A DNA stretch of 64,000 nt from Oscillospiraceae bacterium (GCA_015065285.1 SVQP01000002.1:40209-104208), one strand, 5' to 3'. Shown: positions 25,052 through 35,259, numbered from the stretch's first letter. Numbers and translations are program-made. The notes: generated from the sequence alone by a model not told the origin.

Positions 25052-27265
25052 TTAATCAATTTTGAGCTGCTCGCCGACAAGCGGAGTGCCGGTTGCAGGA
25101 ATCTTTGTCTTTTTGTAGCCCTTGCTGTCCTCCACGTCAAGCTGCACGGCTGTCACGGTCTGACCCTTCTTGAGCGTCATCAGCGTCACGCCCGAGGAGG
25201 TTCTCGTGTTCTTTTGCGGGATCAGCGAGGTCTTGATCACGATCGCACGGTTATCCGAGGAGATCAGCATAATATCGCGCGGCTTCTTTTCGGAGTCGTC
25301 CAGAATGGCAACCACGGGAGAAGCATCCGAGTAAGCGCTGGTTAGCTTGCGACGCACCGCCTTGGTTTCGTAAGCCGTGACGGGAATGCGCACGCCCTTG
25401 CCGTTTTCGAAAATGAATACCATGTTCGCACCGGCAGGGAAGCCCGTTTGTGTGGTCACGTACATGGGCTTTTCACCGGGATCCATACCAAGCTTGGCGG
25501 GAATAAAGTCACCCAAAAGCGATGCCTTGGTGTTTTCCACGTCGTCCACCTTGCACTTGAACACCTTGCATTTGTCGGTAAAGAAGGTCAACTCGTCCGC
25601 ATTATCGGCATTAAATGCGGCAAGCAGGCTGTCTCCGTCTTTGAATTTCTGCTCGTCGTTGCCCTGCAGGGAGCGCATGGTGATCTTTTTGAGGTAGCCC
25701 TCGCGCGAAAGTACCATGTAAACGGGGTAGGATTCCACACGGGGCTCCTCGAATACGGGCACGTTGTCGATCTGAATGATCTGCGATTTTCTGGGCTGAC
25801 CGTACTTTTTCTTGATGTCGTTGAGCTGGTTGGCAATATAAGCCTTGATCTTGAATTCGTCACCCAGCAGCTCCTCCAAGTGCTCGATCTCGCGCTTGAG
25901 ATCCTCGATCTCGGCAATCTTGTTCAAAATATACTGTCTGTTGAGGTTGCGCAGCTTGATGTTGGCAATATATTCCGCCTGAATCTCGTCGATGGTAAAG
26001 CCCTCCATCAAATTGGGGATAACCTGCTCCTCCTTCTCGGTGCGGCGGATGATGCGAATGGCTTTGTCAATGTCCAAAAGGATCTTGCCAAGCGCCAGCA
26101 AAAGGTGCAGCTGATCCTTCTTTTCGCCCAGCTCATACGTCAGTTCGCGGCGCACGCAAACGGTACGGAACTTGATCCACTCTGTCAGCAGTTCGGCAAT
26201 GCCCAGCGTTCTGGGAGAGCCGTTGATCAGCACGTTGAAGTTGCACTTGAAGCTGTCCTCAAGGGGAGTGAGCTTAAAAAGGCGCGCCATGAGCTTATCG
26301 GGGTCGGTGCCCTTGCGGATATCAATGGTCAGCTTGAAGCCCGAGAGGTCGATCTCATCGCGGAAATCGGTGATCTCCTTGACCTTGCCCGACTTGACAA
26401 GCTCGGCAATCTTATCCATGATCTGCTCAATGGTGGTGGAGTAGGGGATCTGCAGAATATCAATGCAGTTGTTGGCTTTGTCGTAGGTGTAGCGCGAGCG
26501 GATGCGGAAGGAGCCCTGACCCGTGGTGTAGATGCTCTTGAACTGCTCGGCATCGTAAATGATCTGACCGCCACCCGAGAAATCGGGCGCCTTGATGATC
26601 TCCATCAGCTTCTCGACGGGCAGATTGGGCTTTTTGAGCAGCGCAATGGTGCCGTCGCAGATCTCTGCTAAGTTGAAGGAGCAGATGTTGGATGCCATAC
26701 CGACCGCAATACCCATGTTGGGTGTGACAAGCACGTTGGGGAAGGTGGTGGGGAACAGCACAGGCTCTTTGAGCGTGCCGTCATAGTTATCCACCATATC
26801 CACGGCATCCTTGTTGATACCGGTGAAAAGCTCGGTACAAAAGCTGTCCAGCTTGACCTCGGTATAACGCGATGCCGCGTATTTCATATCCGAGGAATAC
26901 TGCTTACCAAACGAGCCCTTGGAGTCAATAAAGGGGTGCAGCAGTGCCTCGTAACCGCGCGTCAGACGCACCATGGTCTCGTAAACCGCTGCGTCGCCGT
27001 GAGGGTTGAGCGTCAGGGTACGACCCACAACGTTGGTGCTCTTGGTTCTGCCACCGGTCAGAAGTCCCATCTTGTACATGGTGTAGAGCAGCTTGCGGTG
27101 CGCAGGCTTGAAGCCGTCTATCTCGGGAATTGCACGCGAGATGATAACGCTCATCACGTAGGGCATGTAGTTTTTCTCAATGGTGTCGGTAATCAGCTGC
27201 GGACGTATGGGCGCATATTCGATTTTTTCGACCGCCTTTTTGTCTTTGGTTGTCTTTTTTGCCAT
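25052..27265 (-). CDS. type IIA DNA topoisomerase subunit A (GyrA/ParC family)
   Basis: 737 aa. GFKPAHRKLLY, NPHGDAAVYETMVRL and active-site region AASRYTE. C-terminal beta-pinwheel-like region. Confidence 0.85.
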   Translation of the reverse strand: MAKKTTKDKKAVEKIEYAPIRPQLITDTIEKNYMPYVMSVIISRAIPEIDGFKPAHRKLLYTMYKMGLLTGGRTKSTNVVGRTLTLNPHGDAAVYETMVRLTRGYEALLHPFIDSKGSFGKQYSSDMKYAASRYTEVKLDSFCTELFTGINKDAVDMVDNYDGTLKEPVLFPTTFPNVLVTPNMGIAVGMASNICSFNLAEICDGTIALLKKPNLPVEKLMEIIKAPDFSGGGQIIYDAEQFKSIYTTGQGSFRIRSRYTYDKANNCIDILQIPYSTTIEQIMDKIAELVKSGKVKEITDFRDEIDLSGFKLTIDIRKGTDPDKLMARLFKLTPLEDSFKCNFNVLINGSPRTLGIAELLTEWIKFRTVCVRRELTYELGEKKDQLHLLLALGKILLDIDKAIRIIRRTEKEEQVIPNLMEGFTIDEIQAEYIANIKLRNLNRQYILNKIAEIEDLKREIEHLEELLGDEFKIKAYIANQLNDIKKKYGQPRKSQIIQIDNVPVFEEPRVESYPVYMVLSREGYLKKITMRSLQGNDEQKFKDGDSLLAAFNADNADELTFFTDKCKVFKCKVDDVENTKASLLGDFIPAKLGMDPGEKPMYVTTQTGFPAGANMVFIFENGKGVRIPVTAYETKAVRRKLTSAYSDASPVVAILDDSEKKPRDIMLISSDNRAIVIKTSLIPQKNTRTSSGVTLMTLKKGQTVTAVQLDVEDSKGYKKTKIPATGTPLVGEQLKID

Positions 27266-27283
27266 GAATCTATATTCCTTACT

Positions 27284-28333
27284 TTATATTTTCAAAACCG
27301 TATGTGCAGCGGCACGGATCATGCGGTTATACAGTGCAAGACCCAGACCCTGCATGGGGGGGAGGTGCGCGTAAATGATTTGTGCATCGGTAGCATCCGC
27401 CTCGCGCAGTGCGGCAAACAAGCGATTTGCCTGCCGTGCAAGATCGGATTTGCTGCCAACGGGGATGATTTTACCTTGCGCAAGGTGGTCAACCTCCTCG
27501 TCGTAGCAAAGCACGGTGCAACGCGTCGTGCGCTGCTCGCGCTGCAAAAAGGCAAGCACGTCCGCATCGTCTCCGTCCAAAAGAATCAGCGGAGCAGAAG
27601 GGGCGTAATGCCTGTATTTCATACCGGGGGAGAGAGGACGCTCGTTCTCGGCAAGCTTTTCTGCCACGGCAGGCGCAATATCCACGCGCGGACATACGCA
27701 GCAAAGCGCGTCGTGCGTCACAGCACCCGGGCGCAGAAGGAGCAAATAGGGCTGACCCTGCTCGTCTGCCTGAATTTTTACTATGGTGGATTCCAGTCCG
27801 ATCTCACAAGCACCACCATCAATAATGGCATCCACCTTGCCCATCAGATCCTGCACCACGTGCGAAGCCTCTGTAGGAGACGGCTTACCCGAAAGATTGG
27901 CGCTGGGTGCTGCTATGCAGGTGCCCGATGCGCGGATGAGCGCGTTTGCCACGGGATGAGAGGGGCAGCGCACTGCCACCGAATCAAGCCCTCCCGTCAC
28001 CGAATCCGGCACGTTATCACGCTTGGGCATGATCACGGTCAAGGGACCCGGCATAAATGCCTTGGCAAGCGCAAAATAAAGCGGCGTCGTATAGGCATAG
28101 CGCGAGGCATCCTCGGGGTCTGCTATATGAATGATCAGGGGATTGTCCGAGGGGCGCCCCTTGGCGGCATAGATCTTGGCGGCAGCATCCCGGTTGGTGC
28201 CGTCACCGCCAAGTCCGTATACCGTCTCGGTGGGAAATACCACCAAGCCGCCTGCGCGGATGATCTTTCCCGCTTCTTCAAGCTGCTTTTGTGCAGCCGC
28301 GGGCTCACAAACCAAAAAAATCTGTGTGTTCAA
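27284..28333 (-). CDS. tsaC: L-threonylcarbamoyladenylate synthase (Sua5/YwlC type)
   Basis: VFPTETVYGLGGDG motif plus a C-terminal Sua5 domain. I prefer TTG 28333 after aagagg; the ATG 28372 alternative would overlap prfA. Confidence 0.85.
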   Translation of the reverse strand: MNTQIFLVCEPAAAQKQLEEAGKIIRAGGLVVFPTETVYGLGGDGTNRDAAAKIYAAKGRPSDNPLIIHIADPEDASRYAYTTPLYFALAKAFMPGPLTVIMPKRDNVPDSVTGGLDSVAVRCPSHPVANALIRASGTCIAAPSANLSGKPSPTEASHVVQDLMGKVDAIIDGGACEIGLESTIVKIQADEQGQPYLLLLRPGAVTHDALCCVCPRVDIAPAVAEKLAENERPLSPGMKYRHYAPSAPLILLDGDDADVLAFLQREQRTTRCTVLCYDEEVDHLAQGKIIPVGSKSDLARQANRLFAALREADATDAQIIYAHLPPMQGLGLALYNRMIRAAAHTVLKI

Positions 28334-28346
28334 AAGAAAACCTCTT

Positions 28347-29414
28347 TTATTCGTTGCTGTTTTGCAGGTCAAGTGCAGCCTGCGCTGCCATGAGCGGCTG
28401 AATGATGGGGGTCATGTCACCGTCCACGAATGCGTCAATGTTGAAAACGGAAACACCGATGCGGTGATCCGTGACGCGGGATTGGGGATAGTTATAGGTG
28501 CGGATTTTTTCGCTGCGGTCGCCCGAGCCGACCTGACATTTGCGGTCAGCGGCAATTTTTTCGTTTTGCTCTCGGCATTTCTGATCGTAGAGCATGGTGC
28601 GCAGCAGCATCAGTGCCTTTGCCTTGTTCTGGAATTGCGAGCGCTCCTGGTCGCACTCGATCACAATGCCCGAGGGCTTGTGCGTCAGCCGCACGGCAGA
28701 CTCGGTCTTGTTAATATGCTGACCGCCCGCACCACTGGATTTGCAGGATTCAAAGACCAGATCGCTGTCCTTGATCTCCACCTCCACCTCGTCCGCCTCG
28801 GTCAGCACCGCAACCGATGCGGTTGAGGTCTGAATACGACCCTGCGACTCGGTTTCGGGCACGCGCTGCACGCGGTGCACACCCGATTCAAATCGGAAAT
28901 GCGACCAAGCCTCGTCCCCCTTGACCATAAAGGTGATCTCGCGGTAGCCGCCAAGATCTGTGGGATTGGAGTGAATGGGGGAGAGATCAAAGCCCTGCTT
29001 TGCACAGTACATACAATACATGCGGTAAAGCACGCCTGCAAACAAAGCAGCCTCCTCGCCGCCCGCACAAGCGCGGATCTCCACGATCAGATTTTTGCCC
29101 TCGTTGGGATTGCGCGGACGCAGCATCAGCCCAAGCTCTTGCTCAAGTCTCGCCTTTTCCTGCTTGGCATCCGCCAGCTCCTCTTGCGCCAGTGCCTTCA
29201 TCTCGGCATCTCCCGAGTCAATCAGCTCCAGCGCATCGGCAAGATCACGCTCAGCGCGCAGATAAGCGACATAGGCTTCCATGATAGGCGTCAGCTTTTT
29301 ATATTCGCGCATCAGCGCGGAATATGCGGTGGGATCGGAGAGCACGGAAGGATCTGCCATCCGCGCCTCCATCGCCAGATATTTATCCTGTAATTGTTGC
29401 AGCTTGGAAAGCAT
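28347..29414 (-). CDS. prfA: peptide chain release factor 1
   Basis: 355 aa with GGQHINKTESAVR (GGQ) and PET tripeptide motifs (RVPETESQGRIQTS). Confidence 0.95.
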   Translation of the reverse strand: MLSKLQQLQDKYLAMEARMADPSVLSDPTAYSALMREYKKLTPIMEAYVAYLRAERDLADALELIDSGDAEMKALAQEELADAKQEKARLEQELGLMLRPRNPNEGKNLIVEIRACAGGEEAALFAGVLYRMYCMYCAKQGFDLSPIHSNPTDLGGYREITFMVKGDEAWSHFRFESGVHRVQRVPETESQGRIQTSTASVAVLTEADEVEVEIKDSDLVFESCKSSGAGGQHINKTESAVRLTHKPSGIVIECDQERSQFQNKAKALMLLRTMLYDQKCREQNEKIAADRKCQVGSGDRSEKIRTYNYPQSRVTDHRIGVSVFNIDAFVDGDMTPIIQPLMAAQAALDLQNSNE

Positions 29415-30799
29415 CAGTCAAGCGTGTAGAAGGCAGCAAATGCCTTGTGCGCGGTGTAAACGTCAGCCTTGGAAACGATTTCAAAGGGGGAGTGCATTGC
29501 GATAACGGGCACGCCTATGTCAACCGTGGGAATGTTGTGCTTGGAGATGTACTTGGCAACCGTGCCACCACCGCCAAGATCGTTCTTACCCATGTCGCCT
29601 GCCTGCCATACAACCTCACCCTTTGCCATAATGCGACGGATGAATGCAACCAGCTCAGCGCTTGCATCGTTGGTAGCAACCTTGCCGCCATGACCGGTGT
29701 ACTTGCACATTGCCACACCGCAGTTGATGCGGGAAACGTTCTTGCCGTCAAATACCTCTGCAAAGTTGGGGTCAAAGCAAGCGGTTACGTCTGCAGAAAG
29801 GCAGATCGAATTTGCCTTCATCTGACCAAAGTTTGCGTCAAACGCCTTGGCAATTTCGTAAAGCAGATCAAGCAGCAGCTCACACTGCATACCGGTATCA
29901 CCGTCCGAGCCGATCTCTTCCTTGTCGGCAAGAATGACCATGGTGGAGCGAGCGGCATCGGGGTTTTCAAACAGCGCGGTCATTGCGGGATATGCGCAAA
30001 CTCTGTCATCGTGACCGTAAGAGCCGATCAGCGAGCGGTCAAGACCTACGTCACGCGCCTTTGCAGCGGGAACCAGAGAAAGGTCTGCGGAAAGGAAATC
30101 CTCTTCCACAATGCCGTATTTTTGGTTGAGCAGATTGAGAATATTCATCTTGATCTTGTCGGATTCCTCACCCTCAAGAGGTCTGGAGCCCAGCAGGATG
30201 TTCAGGTTTTCTGCAGGGATTGCAGTGCCCAAGGGCTGGGAGTTCTGATTCTGCCCCAGGTGGGGGAGCAGGTCGTTGATGTAAAGCACGGGATCTGCAT
30301 CATCCTCACCGATGGTAATGCTCACGCTCTCACCGCTTTGCTTGATCACCACACCGTGCAGTGCCAAAGGGGTGGCAACCCACTGGTACTTGCGGATACC
30401 GCCGTAGTAACGGGTCTTGAAGAAGCCAAAGCCGCCATCCTCGTACAGAGGAGACTGCTTGAGGTCAAGTCTGGGGGAATCGATATGCGCAGCACAGATG
30501 CGAATGCCCTCTGCTACGGGAGCGGAGCCGATGCGGAACAAGAACAGGGATCTGCCGCGGTTGTTATAGTAATACTTGCCACCCTGCGCAAGTGCCATGC
30601 CAAAGGTGTAGGGAACGTAGCCCTGTGCCTCTGCCATTGCAATCGAGGTAGCAACAGCCTCTCTTTCGGTCTTGGAAGCGTCAAGGTACTTCATGTAGTC
30701 CTTGGCATAGTCGTAAGCAGCGTCAATCTGCTCAGGGGTAGCTACTTCGTAGAAATTGGTCTTCTTGTAGCAAAGAAGGTCTTTTTTGGATTCAGACAT
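29414..30799 (-). CDS. M18-family aminopeptidase
   Basis: 461 aa. AAHIDSPRLDLK, GHDDRVC and IAMHSP motifs are typical of aspartyl/M18 aminopeptidases. Confidence 0.8.
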   Translation of the reverse strand: MSESKKDLLCYKKTNFYEVATPEQIDAAYDYAKDYMKYLDASKTEREAVATSIAMAEAQGYVPYTFGMALAQGGKYYYNNRGRSLFLFRIGSAPVAEGIRICAAHIDSPRLDLKQSPLYEDGGFGFFKTRYYGGIRKYQWVATPLALHGVVIKQSGESVSITIGEDDADPVLYINDLLPHLGQNQNSQPLGTAIPAENLNILLGSRPLEGEESDKIKMNILNLLNQKYGIVEEDFLSADLSLVPAAKARDVGLDRSLIGSYGHDDRVCAYPAMTALFENPDAARSTMVILADKEEIGSDGDTGMQCELLLDLLYEIAKAFDANFGQMKANSICLSADVTACFDPNFAEVFDGKNVSRINCGVAMCKYTGHGGKVATNDASAELVAFIRRIMAKGEVVWQAGDMGKNDLGGGGTVAKYISKHNIPTVDIGVPVIAMHSPFEIVSKADVYTAHKAFAAFYTLD

Positions 30800-30811
30800 G
30801 GTAATCCTCCT

Positions 30812-31390
30812 TTATTTTGCGTAATATAGTTTTTCGTAAATCTCTTGCGCTTTGACCGTTTTCTTGACAGCCTTGGCAATTTTTTTGTCGGGGATTTTGA
30901 TCAGCGTGCCATAATCGGGATCAATCAGATCCGGATTCTGCAGCCATGCATCCACCGTCTCCTCGCCTGCATACCAGGCAGCGTATACCGTGCTCCACAT
31001 GCCGTATTTCTGATACAGACGTGCAAGATACATGGTGCCGTAGTGCAGATTGGTGTTAGGATCGTACAGCGCCGCTGCATTGATCTCCTTGTCGTGCTCC
31101 TCATTTGCAAGCTTGAGGTAAAGCGCAGGGGAGAGCTGCAAAAGCCCGATTTTGCCGTCGTCACTTACCTTGGTGCTGTCAAAATCGCTCACGGTCTTGA
31201 TCATGGCGTACACCACGTATTCGGGCACACCGTACTGTACCGACCAGCCCGAAACAATGCCGTCAAAATCGCGTGGGTGCGTCAGTCTCTCAGCCCCCAG
31301 GCATACAAGCTCAAACACAAAGCCAAGCAGCACCGAGCAGATCAGTATGATGATAATGGGCAACGCGTGCCCCTTTTGCTGATTCTTCAT
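30812..31390 (-). CDS. lytic transglycosylase (SLT) domain protein, N-terminally anchored
   Basis: 192 aa with an N-terminal TM. GLLQLSP and AAWYAGEETV resemble the SLT catalytic and AYNAG motifs. Confidence 0.75.
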   Translation of the reverse strand: MKNQQKGHALPIIIILICSVLLGFVFELVCLGAERLTHPRDFDGIVSGWSVQYGVPEYVVYAMIKTVSDFDSTKVSDDGKIGLLQLSPALYLKLANEEHDKEINAAALYDPNTNLHYGTMYLARLYQKYGMWSTVYAAWYAGEETVDAWLQNPDLIDPDYGTLIKIPDKKIAKAVKKTVKAQEIYEKLYYAK

Positions 31391-31989
31391 AGCAGCTCCT
31401 TGGCAAGCGCATCTGCATATGCATGCACCGCCTGCACGTCACCGTTATTCTCTATGATAAAATCAGCTCTCTTTCGGTAAAAAGCATCCGGCTTTTGCGC
31501 GTCGATTCTTGCCTGTGCCTGCTCGCTTGATAAGCCGTCGCGCGCCGTGATGCGCATAAGACGCGTCTGCCTGTTTGCAAGAACTGCCAGCGTGTGCGTG
31601 CAGGATTGATGCGCGCCCGATTCAAACAGCAACGGAGCGTCAATGATCGCGCCCGCAGCGCCGCTTTTTTGTGCTGCCTGGATTCTTTCGTGTGTCACCG
31701 CCAGCACGTGCTTGTGCGTAATACGGTTGAGCAGCTCCAACTGATCCTTGGCATCCGGAGCAAACACGATAGATGCGAGCGCCTTGCGGTCAAGCGCACC
31801 GTCCTTGATGATGCCCGTGCCAAATGCCTTTTCCAACTCGTCAAGACAAGGGGAGGGGGAGCTCGTCAGCACGTGGTACACGGCATCGGTGTCGATCCAC
31901 GCAAAGCCGTGTGCGTCCTGCAGTCTTGCTGCCACCACACCTTTTCCGGCACCGCTGGGACCCGTCAGTCCGAGAATGGGGAAGCTCAT
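31387..31989 (-). CDS. coaE: dephospho-CoA kinase
   Basis: 200 aa with the GLTGPSGAGKG P-loop and IIDAPLLFE motif. Confidence 0.9.
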   Translation of the reverse strand: MSFPILGLTGPSGAGKGVVAARLQDAHGFAWIDTDAVYHVLTSSPSPCLDELEKAFGTGIIKDGALDRKALASIVFAPDAKDQLELLNRITHKHVLAVTHERIQAAQKSGAAGAIIDAPLLFESGAHQSCTHTLAVLANRQTRLMRITARDGLSSEQAQARIDAQKPDAFYRKRADFIIENNGDVQAVHAYADALAKELL

Positions 31990-33122
31990 ACGCGCACTTC
32001 CTTTCCGCCCTTTGTATCACTTTGCACAGCGCATGCCATGACGTGCTGAATATATGCTCCGTCCGAAAAATCGGGAGAAAAATGCGTACCGCCTGCCACA
32101 GCGTTCAGATACAGATACATGCCGTGAATGTGTCCGCGCAGCCAGCCCTGAGGAGCCTTGACTGCAGGAAATTTTCCACCGGGAGCGGGGTATCTGCCCG
32201 AGGCGGGAATGGCGGTAAAGCCCGAAGTGCCGCCAAGCGGCAGCTTAGGTTGTTGCGCGTCCATATAGTAAAGAATATCGGATTGGGCAAGTGTGAAACG
32301 AATCGCACCGCCCGTGCCGTAAATCGAAAATTCCAGACCGTCCTCCGATCCGTGCGAGAGCTTGGAAACGCTGATCTGTCCCACAGCGCCCGAGGTAAGC
32401 GTGGCGGTCATGTAAAACGCCTCGTCTGCATTGGTCTGCCAAAGAGAGCCGTCCGCGTTCTTGTGCGTGTCAAATGCGATCTGCGATTTGCCGCCAATGC
32501 TTGCAAATTCTCCGCAGAGATAATAGCAAAGATCCAGCGCGTGCGAGCCAAGATCAAACAGCGTACCCGCGCCGCAGATTGTCGCATCCTGCTTCCAGCC
32601 CACCGTGCGTGCAGGATCAATGTCGCTGTCGTGCCTGTAGTGGAAGGAGAAGGAAAGAATTCTGCCCAAAGCCCCCTCTTCGATCAGCTGTTTTGCACGC
32701 ATGATAGCGGCAAGATGGCGGTTGTTGTAAACCACACCGCACACAAGCCCCTTTTCTGTTGCCTTTTGCGCCAGTGTCGCCGCCTCTGCTTGATTGAAGC
32801 AAAACGGCTTTTCGCAAAGCACACTCTTGCCTGCGTCAAGTGCTGCGTTTGCAATGGCGTAGTGCGCGTTGTTTGGGGTACAGACGTCGATGATATCAAT
32901 TTCGGGATCTGCAATCATAGCATACGCATCGGCATAAGCCTTTTCAAAGCCCAATTCATCGCAAATGCGCGTGCTTTTCTCCAACCTGGTGGTGCAAATG
33001 CCGCGAACGGACGCGAAAAAGGGAAGATCCTCATAGAAATACGGCAGGGAAGCGACGCTGTAAGCATGGGTCTTTCCCATTGCTCCAAAGCCCGCAATGC
33101 CGATGCGCAAATGCTTTTTCAT
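31986..33122 (-). CDS. Gfo/Idh/MocA family oxidoreductase
   Basis: ATG 33122 follows aggagg (MKKHLRIGIAGFGAMGKTH). Rossmann N-terminus and an EKP motif (LCEKPF). Confidence 0.85.
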   Translation of the reverse strand: MKKHLRIGIAGFGAMGKTHAYSVASLPYFYEDLPFFASVRGICTTRLEKSTRICDELGFEKAYADAYAMIADPEIDIIDVCTPNNAHYAIANAALDAGKSVLCEKPFCFNQAEAATLAQKATEKGLVCGVVYNNRHLAAIMRAKQLIEEGALGRILSFSFHYRHDSDIDPARTVGWKQDATICGAGTLFDLGSHALDLCYYLCGEFASIGGKSQIAFDTHKNADGSLWQTNADEAFYMTATLTSGAVGQISVSKLSHGSEDGLEFSIYGTGGAIRFTLAQSDILYYMDAQQPKLPLGGTSGFTAIPASGRYPAPGGKFPAVKAPQGWLRGHIHGMYLYLNAVAGGTHFSPDFSDGAYIQHVMACAVQSDTKGGKEVRV

Positions 33123-33257
33123 GATTCTCCTCCTTGCTTTTTCGTATGTTTTCAATAAATATATAACACCAACTTACATTATACCGCAAATCGCAAAACA
33201 ATGCAAGTGTTTTTTGAATATTTTATCAGTGAGCAAATTTTGTGAGATTTTGTGAAT

Positions 33258-33294
33258 AAAACAAAACTGAGTCAGTGTGATCCGACTCAGTTTT
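33258..33294 (-). terminator. intrinsic terminator after the 618-aa gene
   Basis: aaaactgagtc(a)g-tgtgatc-c(c)gactcagtttt. The minus strand continues with ttttgtttt. Confidence 0.7.
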
Positions 33295-33301
33295 GATAGC
33301 G

Positions 33302-35158
33302 TTATTCGTGCAGAGCCTGTGAAAACCTCAAAATGCCGCATAGATTAATGGCGCTCTCCCATGGCCTGTATGGGCAGCAGGTCGCACTCGGCTCACCGCC
33401 CTGATAGTATTCTGTCCACACAGCGCCGGGTACGCGATCCTTAAGCAGCGCGTGCAACAGATCGCGGTATGCGTCAAGCTGTTCCTTGGGCAGGTGCTTG
33501 GCCAAGGTGTAAAGGATGACACCGTATTCGTATCCTACCGTATTTTCGGGATTCGTTTTGCCGAAATCGCTTTGACGGATGGCGGAAATGCTACGATCCA
33601 AAGCGGCGCGTACCACACGCTTGGGCAACAGGTCGCTGCCAACGAATTCGGTCATCCACACAGCGCAGTCGGTGCTGTAACGCCCTGTACAGGGCTGTAC
33701 GACAACCTTGCCGTAACAATTGGAGCATAGGAAGGCTCCTTGCCCGTCACGCAGCAGATTGGTCATACGCGCGCAACCAAGGCATACGCCATGCCTGTGC
33801 AAGGGCAGCTCTGCGACGGCAGCGCGGGCGGGGTTGTTGATATATACCGTTTTGTTGTCAATAAAGTGACAGGGGAATCTCCAAGCCGCCAGCTCTGCCA
33901 TGGCGACGTGTTTATCCAACTCGTCATCTGCCAGCAGACCGTGCTGCCTGCACAGAGCCGTCATGCCGCGCACGCTTTTGATATACAGGGCTGTTGCCTC
34001 CATAGAGCCGTGGTCAATGCCGTTTCTTGGAAAGATACCGCCCGCAATGTATGTCTCATCTCCGTTGAAGGGAAGCATGCCGTCCACAAGATACTTTGCC
34101 TGTGCGTGCATCAGATATCGCACGTAATCCATGCGTTCTGCCAGAAAGGCGACATCGCCTGTTACAAGCACGTATTCCAGCACCTCCAGTAAATTGTATC
34201 CGGTCTGCTCCACCTCGTCGTTTTCATGCCTGTGCGAGCAGGACATGCCAAGTCCGGATGCGTTGGGAAGGTAGCCCTTTTGGCGAAAAACCTCGGTCAG
34301 ATAACAGATCATGCGTCGTGCATGATCATAAAGCCCCAGCACCATAAAGCCGCGGAATACTCCGTACATATCTCTGCCGTAGGCAAGATGATAGAACGAT
34401 CCCGCGATCACACCGCCCTGTGCAGAGGTTTGCGTGACAAGCGCAACGCAGACCGCCTCGATCAGCTCATCCGCATTTGGAATCTCTTGAAAAACGCTTG
34501 TATTTACACGGATTTTGGAAAGGATCCCACGCCAAGATTCAAGCGATGCTTTCAGGATACTATCGGGGGAGATTTGGGATATCTGCTGCGCCAGGCTGAT
34601 GCAGCTTGCAAAGCTTTGCGTGCCAAGTGAGCCGTAATCACCGCCAACAAAGGTCATGTGCGATTTGCCCGCAGGGAAGGTGATCTGTCGATCTTCAAGT
34701 GTACAGTTGGGGCAGAGCATCAGTGCGCACCATGTCTCCTTGTCGGTTTTGGACTTGGAGAAAACGGGTGTCCCTTCCGGAATTTCAAATAAACACAGTG
34801 ACATGCCGTTGCATGTTATGGGGGCATCCGCCGCGACAAAGACGGATTCCATTGAGAAGGTCAGCGGAAGATCCAGCGAAAAGCAACGCATGAAAACGGG
34901 CAGCTCAGGGTGCGCAAAATCGGTGATCCGACCGATCACTTTACCGTCCTTTTCCAGATCTGTTACGTAACATGCCGATCCCTTGATACGATTGTTGTGA
35001 GCAACAATTGTCCGATCAAGAATGCGTAAGCTCATTACGCTCGGCAGCGAATAGCAGGGAGCAAACAGCTGTTCAACGTCCGCGCCAAGTCCTCCCATGG
35101 CAATCTTTCCGTTTCCGACGAAATAGAATCCCTTGGTGGGAATACTGGAAAATTCCAT
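33302..35158 (-). CDS. uncharacterised 618-aa protein, possibly (alpha/alpha)6-barrel glycoside-hydrolase-like, with embedded Cys4 zinc ribbon
   Basis: ATG 35158 follows aggagg. The track ORF to 35419 overlaps the divergent HAD gene. Coding status is strong. The GH15-like guess rests only on motifs such as YGRDMYG and YRPWESA. Confidence 0.5.
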   Translation of the reverse strand: MEFSSIPTKGFYFVGNGKIAMGGLGADVEQLFAPCYSLPSVMSLRILDRTIVAHNNRIKGSACYVTDLEKDGKVIGRITDFAHPELPVFMRCFSLDLPLTFSMESVFVAADAPITCNGMSLCLFEIPEGTPVFSKSKTDKETWCALMLCPNCTLEDRQITFPAGKSHMTFVGGDYGSLGTQSFASCISLAQQISQISPDSILKASLESWRGILSKIRVNTSVFQEIPNADELIEAVCVALVTQTSAQGGVIAGSFYHLAYGRDMYGVFRGFMVLGLYDHARRMICYLTEVFRQKGYLPNASGLGMSCSHRHENDEVEQTGYNLLEVLEYVLVTGDVAFLAERMDYVRYLMHAQAKYLVDGMLPFNGDETYIAGGIFPRNGIDHGSMEATALYIKSVRGMTALCRQHGLLADDELDKHVAMAELAAWRFPCHFIDNKTVYINNPARAAVAELPLHRHGVCLGCARMTNLLRDGQGAFLCSNCYGKVVVQPCTGRYSTDCAVWMTEFVGSDLLPKRVVRAALDRSISAIRQSDFGKTNPENTVGYEYGVILYTLAKHLPKEQLDAYRDLLHALLKDRVPGAVWTEYYQGGEPSATCCPYRPWESAINLCGILRFSQALHE

Positions 35159-35182
35159 CGCGCACACCTCCTTTTTACAGTC

Positions 35183-35211
35183 ATTATAGCATCCGGGTGC
35201 AAAAAAGTCAA
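35183..35211 (-). promoter_or_regulatory. sigma-A type promoter of the 618-aa gene
   Basis: The minus strand reads TTGACT-17 nt-TATAAT. Confidence 0.6.
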
Positions 35212-35230
35212 TCACGGACGGAAAAATGTA

Positions 35231-35259
35231 TTGCATTATGAAATTTCTTATAGTATAAT
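35231..35259 (+). promoter_or_regulatory. sigma-A type promoter of HAD-murB-whiA-dnaE cluster
   Basis: TTGCAT-17 nt-TATAAT, 33 nt before the TTG start at 35292. Confidence 0.6.

Noticed and set aside
25448-26671. 407-aa plus-strand ORF (similar cases at 29324-30829, 31824-33158, 57231-58541, 60914-62757, 17721-18560)
   Set aside because: All lie antisense to genes with strong family signatures (topoisomerase A, aminopeptidase, oxidoreductase, pcrA, TIM-barrel genes, transketolase).
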